DNA from: Octopus bimaculoides
Lineage: Eukaryota
Length of the DNA stretch: 64,000 nt
Direction of reading: 5' to 3'
Assembly: GCF_001194135.2 (NCBI RefSeq)
Contig: NC_069004.1
Location: forward strand, 738,817 to 802,816
Both the position numbers and the translations under genes were made by a program. The notes beneath the pieces were generated by a model. That model worked only from the letters and a program-made list of their open reading frames with translations. It had not been told where the DNA came from and ran no database searches. Numbering within the stretch: the stretch's first letter is position 1; every line of letters begins with the position of its first letter. Shown piece after piece: positions 1 through 11,174 of this stretch.

Positions 1-300
1 GCCTCTGCCTTGCATTTAAATCTGGCGTATAAGTTATAAAGGATTGGAATATCGCGTTCCTGCATGAGGCTGTTTGTTGAAGTAAAGCAAAACTGCTAAA
101 TTTGAATTCATTAACAGAACAACAAGCAAGGAACAAACTATATATCGACAAAAAACATAAAACGGTAAACAGAAAAATGCGAAAACAATCAAATGAAAAA
201 CAGTTACGGATTATCAAAACCATCTAGAAGTTGAATAATAAACAACTAATCTTTATATATAAATATATATATATATAATTTGAATGATAGAGAGAGGGGG

Positions 301-337
<37 letters not shown>

Positions 338-419
338 TATAAACACATTTAGTTTTTAAACTTAAAAACAAAAACAAAATAAGAGACACACACACTTATA
401 TAAAATAAAAGACAACAGT

Positions 420-2081
420 ATGAATAACAGTGGCACCTCCCATGCTGGAACAGACTTCGAAAGTCACAAGAGAAATTCTCGAAATAAACGGTCATCGAAA
501 CGAAGCTCAAATCAGTATTTCTTTAAAGATTCGAAAAAAAACAACGAAGTCCCCCCAAATCTTTGCGGTACACACCAGAATGTCAACCAACAAAATCAAA
601 AACGAAGAGACAATATGAAAATTCAAATGAACGAATATTTCCCAAATTCTGCGCATAATATTCAAACAATGCCAATATATTCTTCTCCTGCATCAAACGA
701 GGGAATGCTTTCACCAGTCATGGAGTTTGCCAATTCCATGACCCCGCCGACACACACAGCGCCTCCTGCCGGAGACCAAATGATGATGAACCCCAATCAA
801 GTGATTACCTATTCTGCCCCTGGTCAGTGGATCCAGCAAACTACATTACTGCCAAACCAGTCGACCCTGCCCGTACAACATTATCATATGGCTCCTGCAA
901 CCATTAACAGTCCGCCGTTTTACCCGCATTCTATTTCTAACCCTAATGCTATGAGTTACATGCATTCATGTGGTGATTCTCTTCCACCCCAGAAATCAAT
1001 GTCGGTGCCAGCCATGCAGAGTTATAAAATGGAACAAAGAAGACAACAATCTCTCATCCAGATAGTTAATCCGAACACCGGTGAAGATATTTCAAAAGAG
1101 ATATTGACTAATCGAATGGATGAAGATTTACAGGAATTGGATTCGTTCAGAGACAATCAAATAAATTTACTGGCAAAAGTAACAGAAACAACAACAACAC
1201 ATGAATCTCAGAATCCGGTTCCAGGTGTAATGGTTCCATATCTAATCCATCCGATCCATTTGCAAGAGGTTAATCCAGTGCAGCAGATAATGTTTGAATC
1301 TCACATACCTCTCTCACATACAAGTGAAAACATTCAAGAGCAATCTACGACTCAAACACCAATTGAAATGTTCGACGAAGAACAGGAGAAACCTATCAAT
1401 TGTAATAACGGAAATATTTCGGTTCAAACAGTTATTGGTACCGTAAAAGAAGATCCGGTCCATCGACCAGCTTTGCCGCAGTCAGAGAACATGATGAAAA
1501 CTGTGTCAACGGAAAATCAGTCGACGCAAGAAAGTAGCGAAATGCTACCTAATAAAATTGTGGATCCTGTCGAAGAATTTGTCAGTCAAAATACAGTTGA
1601 GAATGAAACGCTGGCACCAGAAGAAGTCAATTCAGTACAGCGGCACAATCAGGTTTCTATAGTGTATCCAGTTCTAAATAAATGTCACAGTAAAATGTCA
1701 CAGACAAATGCTATGGATACAAGCACTGCAGCTCCAGCATCTCGTACCGAAAGCCATCCCATTGAATCTAATTCAGTTGAACAACCGTTTCAGGGTGGCC
1801 TGCCATCGTACGCTGAGATGACCCAACATCAAATCCCTTCTATGACCCCTTTACAAGTGACTCAAGTTCAAACTCCGCTTCTACCAGCCGTTTCGGACCC
1901 TAACCAATTACAAACACGCCAGCCAGTTGTTGCATACCTACCTGTTGTATTTTATTTAGAGGGAACAATTCCAAATGGAGATCCCATCGCAGGACCCCGT
2001 TCGTTCCAAGGGTCTGCCCACCCCCAGCCTCTATCTGCACACGGCGCAAAACCAACACAAGGCATTCAAGTGGATATCTAA
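420..2081 (+). CDS. Intronless eIF4G-like protein, N-terminal region only (PABP-binding motif; no eIF4E-binding motif or MIF4G domain)
   Basis: 553-aa stop-free ORF rich in P/Q/M/S/T. RRQQSLIQIVNPNTGEDISKEIL (~1038-1107) matches the eIF4G PABP-binding motif (human eIF4G1 [23 protein letters not shown]), and DQMMMNPNQVITY resembles eIF4G1 SQVMMIPSQISY. The stop TAA merges into an A-run next to an N gap, so the 3' end is uncertain. Confidence 0.6.
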   Translation: MNNSGTSHAGTDFESHKRNSRNKRSSKRSSNQYFFKDSKKNNEVPPNLCGTHQNVNQQNQKRRDNMKIQMNEYFPNSAHNIQTMPIYSSPASNEGMLSPVMEFANSMTPPTHTAPPAGDQMMMNPNQVITYSAPGQWIQQTTLLPNQSTLPVQHYHMAPATINSPPFYPHSISNPNAMSYMHSCGDSLPPQKSMSVPAMQSYKMEQRRQQSLIQIVNPNTGEDISKEILTNRMDEDLQELDSFRDNQINLLAKVTETTTTHESQNPVPGVMVPYLIHPIHLQEVNPVQQIMFESHIPLSHTSENIQEQSTTQTPIEMFDEEQEKPINCNNGNISVQTVIGTVKEDPVHRPALPQSENMMKTVSTENQSTQESSEMLPNKIVDPVEEFVSQNTVENETLAPEEVNSVQRHNQVSIVYPVLNKCHSKMSQTNAMDTSTAAPASRTESHPIESNSVEQPFQGGLPSYAEMTQHQIPSMTPLQVTQVQTPLLPAVSDPNQLQTRQPVVAYLPVVFYLEGTIPNGDPIAGPRSFQGSAHPQPLSAHGAKPTQGIQVDI

Positions 2082-5000
2082 AAAAAAAAAAAANNNNNNN
2101 NNNNNNNNNNNNNNNNNNNNNNNNNNNNNNNNNNNNNNNNNNNNNNNNNNNNNNNNNNNNNNNNNNNNNNNNNNNNNNNNNNNNNNGCTTTTTCACGGCA
2201 ACGGAGCAGAATTTCGAATCCTGAGGATAACGTTTGGAGAAAAAAATTTAGTTTGTAACAGAGGATTAGACCGTAAAAAGATATCGGAGCAGGGAAGACG
2301 GAATTTTCAATTGAAACCTTTTTTTTTACCCTTGTTGACTCGTTCGAGATGTTTCTTGACATTTATGAAACACATTTTTTTTTTTTTAATTATTTTGAAA
2401 ATTATTTTAAACAAGGAACATAGCTTTGAAGTACCATAGCTTTAAATGAGAAATGACAATCTTATAAGAGATGCATGTCTGTAAGAGAAAGGGAAAAATC
2501 AGGAAAAACTATATCGACAGAAGAAGAAAAAAAAGCCATTTTTGTGTAAATTTGGAACATATTTATTGTTGGGATGTTTTTGTGCATTTTTTATTTTTAA
2601 TTTTTGTTTCTTTTATTTTTCTATTTTTTTTTTGCATAAACCTGAATATTTTAGTGACATTTTTATTTTTCTCAAAGAAATTCTCAAGATTATTATTATT
2701 GTTGTTGTTGTTGTTATACTGCGGTATAAAATTGCAATGGAAAATAAAGTTAATTCGATATTATATATTTATAAATTTTGAAAGGGTTATAAAAATCTAA
2801 ATTGTCAAAAAAAAAAAAGAGAAATATTAATTAACGGCTGTTAATTAGTGACTTCGAAGGTTTCCTAGTTTACCGTTTTTGATGATTTACTTATACTAAG
2901 ATTTAAGGTTCAAATTAAACTCAGTGTTCCGTTTTTATTGTTGCTTAAGCTTCCAGGTGAGCCCTGTCTGAGCAGAAACATTTATGGTCAAAGACGTTCC
3001 ACTTGTGACCATCACATCTTTGATTCAGACAGCACATCTAGGAACATATTCAATCCAATATCTTTGCTTTTTGTTGCGTTTTAAACCCAAATCAGCTGAT
3101 CTCGTAGACTTTCTTTGAGCAGACAAACTTATGGCCGAAGACGTTCCACAACTGGCCATCCCATCTTTTATTCATAACACATTTCTGTGGTTATATTATC
3201 CAAAGTGTCCTTCCTTGTTATTATTGTTTCCATTCTTGCTGTTTAACCCCAGGTCAATTCCAATCCAATCACCTCTGATCTGAGCAGACGAATCAATGGC
3301 CAGACATTCCATCTGTGACCGTCCCGTTTTTAAAATTCTTACACTGTACATCTAAGACTACATTATTTAATGTGTCCGCCCTTACTGTTGTTACTATTGA
3401 TGTTTGACCCCAGGTTAGCATTGGGCCCTGTGAATGGATTTGGTATACGGAGATTGAAAGAAACCTGTGTGTGTGTTTGTGCCCCATCATCGCTTGACAA
3501 CCGGTGTTGTGTTTACGCCCCCATAACATAGCGGTTCGGCAAAAGAGATCAGCAAAATAAGTGTGTGTGTGTGCGCGCGCATGTATATTATATATATATA
3601 TATACAATATGTGTGTGTGTTTGCTCCTCCGCCATCGCAACCGGAATTGGTTTGTTTACGTACCCGTAAATTAACGGTTCGGCAAAAGAAACTAATGGAA
3701 TTAAGTACCAGGCTTAAAAATAAATACTGCGGTCGATTTGTTCAACTAAACCTTCCAAGGTGATGCCCTAGCATGGCCGCAGTCCAATGACTGAAACAAT
3801 TCAAGGATAGTCTCATATTTCAAAGGAGGGAATTAATCCGACTAAAGTGACTCTGGTACTTGACTAGGTACTTTATTTTATCGACCTCAAATGGACAAAA
3901 GGCAAACTTAATTTCGGCTGGATTTGAACCCAAATCGTAAAGAGCAGAAGAAATACCGCCATGTATTTTGTTCCACTCACTAACGGTTCTGCCACTCCAT
4001 TTTCGTATTGCACTCTCTCTCTCTTTATTGAACTGCTGAGAAAGGACCAACCCCACCACCTTTTAGCTTCATCATTCATAAACGTGCCGACAGAATTTCA
4101 TGAACATCAGATATCCTTTATTCTTCTCTTCCCGCGATTCTCACGTGGATGACAATATACTTGAAATATAAATAAAAACTATCATTTCACTTAGAAGCGT
4201 CCGTCCAGGATAAGACGTTGGACTAAGATGTCGGCAAACGGAATTAAGACTGAATCAGCGATCTGACCAGAAACTATTTTGACACAATCATCTCATTATT
4301 TCTAGAATTTGATTGATTTTGTCTTACTGTGTTCTTCCAACGAACTTTTAATGAAATATTCTCTGTATTTAGGCCGCTTCGAACTATATCTTTAATATTT
4401 CTACATTTGACTGGCATGACACAAAATAAATAAATAAATGGCGTTTCGATTTATTTTAAATATCCCGAACATTTCTGCTATTTATTTACCAAACTTTGAC
4501 ATCAAACCATCGCAATATAATAAATATTATTCTATGCTGTTATTTTTCTCACCAAGCCAGAGTCATCGCTATATATCGTATCCATCACTATAATAATCCT
4601 TCGATCTGCTAGAAGGGGAAGCCATATCTCCGTAAAAATCAAACCCCAAAGGAAAGACACAATATAGTTTTCTAGATGTACCATGCCTGAAATAAAAGAC
4701 GACGTAATGATCATGGCTGGAATTTTTTAATCATAGATTTATTCAGAAAACTGCCTCCACCGCAATTAAGTGTAATATTGAATCAAAATCTCCGGATTAA
4801 GTTTTTTCTGTTTTGATAAAAAATATTTACAGATTATTGCTCCCCCGCCCCCGTTGTTTCTTCAAAAAACTCTTATGGAACAATGGAAGTAATCTGTATT
4901 TAATAACGGTTTCAAATTTTGGCACAAGGTCAACAATTCGGGGTGGGTTGAGGGTCAGTCGATTATATTGATGACAGTCTTTGGTTGCTAGTCTGTTTTA

Positions 5001-5410
5001 TCATCGCTAAAAAGGGGGTGGGGGTGGCAGAGCTAACCCAGGCGGGATTGGAACACAGAACGTAAAGAAATACCGCGAGATATTTTTCCGACGCTCTACC
5101 TATTCTGCCAACTCGCCGCTTTATTTATATTTGATAACGAAGGCGTTATATAACACTTTTTCCAATTTGTATCCAAGTAATGTGAGAGATGAAACTTTCA
5201 GTTTATGGCTGAACTCGTGGTCAGGGTCTCCAGCTCACGATCACAAGATCGTGGGTTCGATTCCTGAGCAGGGTGGTGCCTTTCAAGCAAATGTGTCTTT
5301 GTTCTTGATAGACTTTTGATGTTATTATTATTATTGATTATTAATACCAGTATTAAGGAAGGATAGGAAAATATTAGATTTATAAGCCCTAAAACTTACT
5401 CCATAGTTGT

Positions 5411-5527
5411 CCACGGGCATATGGCGTAGTGGTTAAGAGCGCGAGCTACTAACCCCAAGATTCCGAGTTCGATTCCAGGCAGTGACCGGAATAATAATAA
5501 TAATAATAATAATAACATCGAAAAATA
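5411..5527 (+). mobile_element. tRNA-headed SINE-like element with (AAT)n and the start of a Penelope-like tail
   Basis: Pol III A box TGGCGTAGTGG (5422-5432) and B box GTTCGATTCC (5467-5476), then (AAT)n and aacatcgaaaaata. A second copy lies at 20391-20527. Confidence 0.7.
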
Positions 5528-5575
5528 AAGAAATACCACAAGACATTTATTATTAAATCTGTATTTGTTGTTAAA

Positions 5576-5900
5576 CTAATCTTTGGTTCCGTTTTCTGTT
5601 ACATTACTGTTACATCCATCTGTTAGTAAATCTGTGGACACATCTGTTCTTGTTCCTGTTGTTATATCTTTTGTTATATCTGCTGTTAGACCTGTTATTG
5701 TAATTGTTGCTAGATCTGTTGTTGCATCTGTTGTGACATCCATTGTTGATTTTGTTGTCACATTTATTGTGATATCTGTTGTCAACCCTGTTATATCTGG
5801 TGTTACGTCTGTGTGACATTTGTTGTTATATCTTTGTTAAATCTGTTGCTAAACCTGTTATGACATCTGTTGTTGAATCTGTGACATCTGTTTCTTTGGC
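5576..5900 (-). repeat. Degenerate 12-bp tandem repeat (ACA ACA GAT RTH; T-T-D-V/I/L) in the METTL25 terminal exon and 3'UTR
   Basis: Repeated gttgttatatct/tgtgacatct units on the + strand; translates as (TTDx)n on the - strand. Confidence 0.8.
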
Positions 5901-8064
5901 ATCAGCTGAGCAAATATCTTCAACTGCAATCTGTAGAAGATAATGGATACTGCAATAAATTATACATTATCAAGAAACGTACGAACATCACACAATTTCA
6001 TTTCCTTAGTCTTAAATATTCAACCTTTTCAGGGATAATTGTTTGTTATTAATAGTTAAATCACACAGTTTGCAATATAAATTTATAGGGGTTCATACAG
6101 ATAGGCAAAGGGAGAGCGAGAGAGATCCCTATGAGAGGAGTATTGGGGGGGGGGGAAAGAATAGAATACAACAGCAATCATACCTTTTTCACAGCAACAA
6201 TTCCATAACAGCGAGGAGATGTGACAGGGTCAAAGAGTTGTAAGAGAGAGACGTCTTTGATGGATTCCTAATGAGAGAATATGAAGGAAGACCTGGGTTT
6301 AAACAATGATAAAACCACATACTACAGTGCATCATCATCATCAACATCATTCTATTGCCCTAAGTAGATTGTCCCACAGGAACTTCCAATTGTCCTAATA
6401 TAGTAGAGTACAGTATAATACACTATTGTAAAACACAACAGAGTACAGGAGAAGATTCACTGGATATTGTTGTCTTAGATACACAACTGTTTTAAGCACA
6501 CTCACCTGTTCCAGGAGGTAATAAATGCGGTCCAGTGTGATGAGTGCTTCAATACATGGGGCCAAGGCAGACTTTACTTGGTAAAAAGCAGCAAGTTTCT
6601 TTTTGTCCTCTTCATATTTTACCAAATAATTCTGAACCATTTCTTCAGAGATCTGAAAATTAAGAAATAAGGGAAGACATAAACATACTCACAAAGACAA
6701 ACACACACACACACACACACACATGCACACTACAGCTGACCATACCACTGCAGTCTTCTCTCTTACACAAAACAGCTGATTTCTCCAATCAAATAATTCA
6801 ATAAAGAAATCAATGAAATATTATTGATGTTGATGTCCAAATTGCTGTTAAAAGACAATCAATTGGAGGCTGAAGATAGTTAATTGATCAGATACCAAAC
6901 AAATGATGGTAAAAGACTTCTTCAATGAAATAAAGTGGAAAAAAATACACACAGAGAGAAAAAGTATAAATAACCTTTTCAGAAGAACCGTCCAATTTCT
7001 GGAAAGCCATTTTTACATAATCATAAAATGAAGAACATTTGCTGGCTAATTTTCTTAATTTGATGGAATTCTTCAAAGAATTTTGTTCCTGCATGGATAA
7101 GGTATCAATGAAGATCTTCTGGAGGAGTGCTCGTTGGAATAGAGATTCTCCTATTAACTGAAAAAAAAAAAAAAAAAATCCAGGAAACGTAATTGAAGAA
7201 TTTGACAAACTTAAGGTAATTATGGATTATTAACGAACGTGCATTGACTGGATGTAGCTGGGCAAAAACTCTCCGTAGACATCTTGCTGGAGTCATCTGT
7301 TGGAGAAGCGTTCGGAAGGGCATCCAGCTGTAGAAACACTGCCAGATCAGACTGGAGCCCGGTGCAGCCTCCTGGCTCCCCAGACCCCGGTTGAACTGTC
7401 CAACCCATGCCAGCATGAAAAACGGACGTTAAACGATGATGATGATGATGATATATGTATATGTATATACAGAGAGGGAGTGAGAGGAAAAGTATGTCTA
7501 TGAGTGTGTGTGCACACACATGCACACACACATATGCACACATACCTTGCTAGAAGATATGATCCTGTTCACAGACTGGCAGGCCAGATTTTTTGTATTT
7601 TGACCCAAATGAAACTTCATCTTCCTCAGAATGGAACTGACAGGGAAACCAGGTATACTTTGAGCAGCACCTTAGAAATAATAATAAAAACAGTTTATGG
7701 ACTTGTTTTTGAAAGATTCCTGATGTGGAATCACGTGTTGAAACAGATATTGTTTTGTTTCAGGATGGTCATTCTTTCTTTATTTTTTTTTTGCCAAACA
7801 AATACATGCCATTGTATATGTTTGTTCTCCACTTTAGAATGAACTAAACTGAACAGGAGGAGACACATGGGATGGAGAACCACTGAAGATGTCACTGGAT
7901 GTCCAGATAATGGACATAAAATAAGAACAATAATAAGTCTGAAGTGAAAAGCGAATATATATATAGTGCGTGTGTTTATTTGGCAAGAATATAAAAAGTG
8001 ACCATCTCGAGGACAATAATAAAAATAGTCCTAAATGAGTAATATCAAACAAATACACACACAC

Positions 8065-8095
<31 letters not shown>

Positions 8096-11000
8096 GACAC
8101 TCTGCCAAGATTCTACCAAGGTGAACTTTGCCTTTCATTGTTGTTGTTGTCACCATCGTCATTTACCTTGAGTTAAGTAATCGAGTAGCACCCTGCCCAC
8201 TTGTGCTTCTTGTAGAAAGAACTATTATTATTATTAAAGTAAAAACAAACATAATGAATAAAATTGCAGGACTAACCGTTGGGATCAAATTCCTCTGTTA
8301 AAAGATGATAACAGCAAGAGACATTACAGAGGAGATGAGCTGCAGGATTCTGAGAGAAGAACCGAAGAGCTGTTGGGCAGAGATTGCCACAAGTATGGAG
8401 GCCTGCGACAAGCAGTTTCCTGCTGCCACACTGGGAAGTGGCGTTGGCTTCACATTTGTCATGTTCTGCAATCAACTGTAAGATATTGGTGTCAGAGTTT
8501 ACATATGTGGTAAATGGACAATAAAACCCTCTCGGTTCCTTCTCAGTGGTTGTTGCAACAAATTTCTGAAGATTACCACAGTCACCACTGTTATTATTCT
8601 GACTCTGGATTTTCAGAGATTCTTCTTCATTTGGAACTGGTCGGTTGTGATAAGAATTTTGGTTAATGGTAAATTTTTTAATAAGTCCTGACCACTGTTT
8701 TTTCAAAATCTTTGCTCTCTTATTCGCTCCTGATGTATTCTGATCAGCAGAATCAATACCAAAGACTTTTAAATTGTAATTGAATGCAAGTTGGGTTCCA
8801 AGGTAGCCTTTGCCACTGCCTAAGTCAACAACCTGTGGTATGAGTAAAAGAATAAAATTACATTATCAAAATGAGAGAAAATTCTAAAACAAAAAAATAT
8901 GATAAACTTAATTTTTGTATTTGTTTTGCAAGAGTCTTGATGTGAACTTGTGTTGTTGAAATAGATTTTGTAGTATCTTGGGAGGGTAATTTTTCCAATA
9001 ATAAACACATGCACTGAATTTATTTAACTTCTTTTACTATTATTATTCAATTAGAATATCATTTAACTAACTAATCAAGAGTTTGATTAATCTTTCAGTC
9101 AATCAATCAATATTTTGACTTTATATATATATGTATGTATATATGGATTTTAACACAGGGAGATGGAATGAACAGGCTTCAATCGAGAGGATGTGTGCCT
9201 ACATCCTCTGCATTTGAAGCCTGTCCAGCTGCAGAAAAACCTGCTTCGACAAATTCCATCTGACCCATGTAAGCATGGAAAAGTGGACGCTACACGATGA
9301 TGATGATTGCTGTTGCTGCTGCTGATGTGTAACAGGCTTCTGAACAGTTTCCTTTCTCAAATTCCACTCACATGAAGCAATAATAAAAGACACCTGACTA
9401 AGCTGACCTAAAGTGGGTTTGAACTTGGAACCATGTGGCCTACAAGGGGAACCTCTTAACCACCTAGTCAGCCATAGTTCAACTTACTTTACATATTCCA
9501 AAGTGTTGACACAGTGAGTGGCACAACTGTGCCATAACAGCCACTTCATGGGATTTCTGTTTCGACATGAAATCCTTAACAAATGGTGTTTTGTCTTCAG
9601 TCAGTTGATATTTCATCTTGAGATCTTCAATGGCAGTTAATACAGCAAGCTGAGGGAGAGTATTTTCATGGGCAGATTTGATAAATTCTTCAAGATTATT
9701 GTGGTTCCATTTCAAAGTTTTGCATTCCAGGTTGGCAAGTCTTAAATTGTTTCCTTTGATGCCTGAAGGAATAAACAGAACAAAGGAAAGCATTTACGTA
9801 ACAAGTGAATGGAATTAGTGAAAAACAATGGGAAGGGACTCATAAGACTCTAGGCAGACTCATCAGCAACGGGTGAAATATCGCTAAGTATTCAGTCGAG
9901 CGTGCTAACAATTCTGGCAGCTCACCACCTCAAATAATAATAATAATAATGGCTTCAAATTTTGCTACAAGGGCAGCCATTTTGGGGGAGGGGATGTATT
10001 GATTACATCGACCTCAATGTTTCACAGGTACTTAATTTATCGACCCTGAAAGGATGAAAGGCAAAGTCAACCTTGGTGGAATTTGAACTCAGAATGTAAC
10101 AGCAGACAGAATACTGCTAAGCATTTCACCTGACGTGGTAACGATTCTGCCAGCCCAAAACCAAGATCATAGACATTGCCATACCTGGGGATGTATGCGT
10201 AAATGACAAAGAGCTCGAAAAGATGGAGAAATACAGACTACTAAAAGACAAAATTGCAAGAATGTGTGTAATGAGGAGAGTAACTGTTATTCCAGGAGTT
10301 GTAGGAGAGCACCACCAACCAGGTTTGAGAAAGATGTCAGAGAAATTGGGAATTGACATGAGAGCAGAGCAGGTCCCCGAAACTGCTCTGCTGGGGACAG
10401 CTAGGATTTTGAGATTGGTGCTTAGGTGCTTAGTGTCTTAACATTCAGGTACCAAAGCTTATGATTTGCAGAAAGAGATCCTGTGAGGCCTCTGACAACA
10501 GGTTGGTATCTGCTCTCACAGAATCAACCAGAGAAAGTAAGACCAAGAAGTCTGAGGAGTAAAATAACAACAACAACAACAATGGCAATAAGAAAAAGAG
10601 AGATGGTAGGTGGGATGAGAAAGCAGATGATGATGATGATGATGATGACAATGACCACCATAATTGAGAAAGAGGAAGGAGGAAGATGACGAGGGAAGAG
10701 GATGAGTACAAGAAAGAGAAAGAAGAGGAGGAAGGAGATGAAAGTAGACAAGATTTGAGAGTACAAACCAAGTGGGATGTGATCCTCAAGTGTTGTACTC
10801 TGAGTGGACTGTGGTGGCCAATGCACAGCACCTGAAGGCAATAGTAGAAGCTGGTCATTAGAGAGATGCAACAGTTGCCCCTGGATGGCAGCTGGTATGT
10901 ATGTGTTCCACTGGTCTTTGGTAATGAAATCTGATGTGTGGCTGTCAACCAAGGGGAGATATGGAGTTAAGAAATCAACAAGTTGTAGCAAACATTTCTC

Positions 11001-11174
11001 TACATGAAATTTGTATTCACATCTTTTTGAGTGTTTGTTCAATTTACACGTTTGTGTGTGTGTGTTTGCATTACACATCTCCCTCTGTGTTTCATTTCTT
11101 TCTGTATTTGTGTTACACAATTCTGTGAGTTTATTGGTTTTGAAATTTGGAACATCGTTTCTCGTTTCAGTCAT
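5826..11174 (-). CDS. METTL25: Methyltransferase-like protein 25 (8 coding exons)
   Basis: Phase-consistent GT-AG exons: 11174-10769 (donor uncertain), 9762-9488, 8832-8277, 7670-7546, 7157-6975, 6652-6506, 6267-6184, 5930-5826 (without the last splice the ORF stops at 6178). Diagnostic motifs: KSHEV, VVDLGSGKGYLG (SAM motif I), VFGIDS, GLHTCGNL, CCYHLL, ESLFQRALLQ, LAPCIEALITLDR, LFDPVTSPRCYGIVA. AATAAA on the - strand at 5551-5546. Confidence 0.92.
7240..7450 (-). mobile_element. SINE/RTE-tail-like family C ((CAT)n-tttaacgtccgttttcatgctggcatgggttgg...ggctggatgccctt)
   Basis: Other copies at ~16150-16330 +, 17818-17985 +, 24320-24470 -, 26762-26815 -, 44640-44690 -. Confidence 0.75.
10158..10441 (+). 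mobile_element. 3' relic of an R4/Dong-like non-LTR retrotransposon (restriction-like endonuclease region)
   Basis: Translates KIIDIAIPGD...KELEKMEKYRLLKDKIARM...VTVIPGVVG...TALLGTARILRLVL, the typical REL C-terminus. Lies in METTL25 intron 1. Confidence 0.8.

Noticed and set aside
5417-5490. tRNA-like sequence with A and B boxes
   Set aside because: No good acceptor stem, and it is followed by (AAT)n and a repeat tail with a second copy at 20391; treated as a SINE head, not a tRNA gene.
10524-10768. Hydrophobic C-terminal extension of the 216-aa ORF (looks transmembrane)
   Set aside because: Intronic read-through of simple repeats beyond the METTL25 exon-1 donor.
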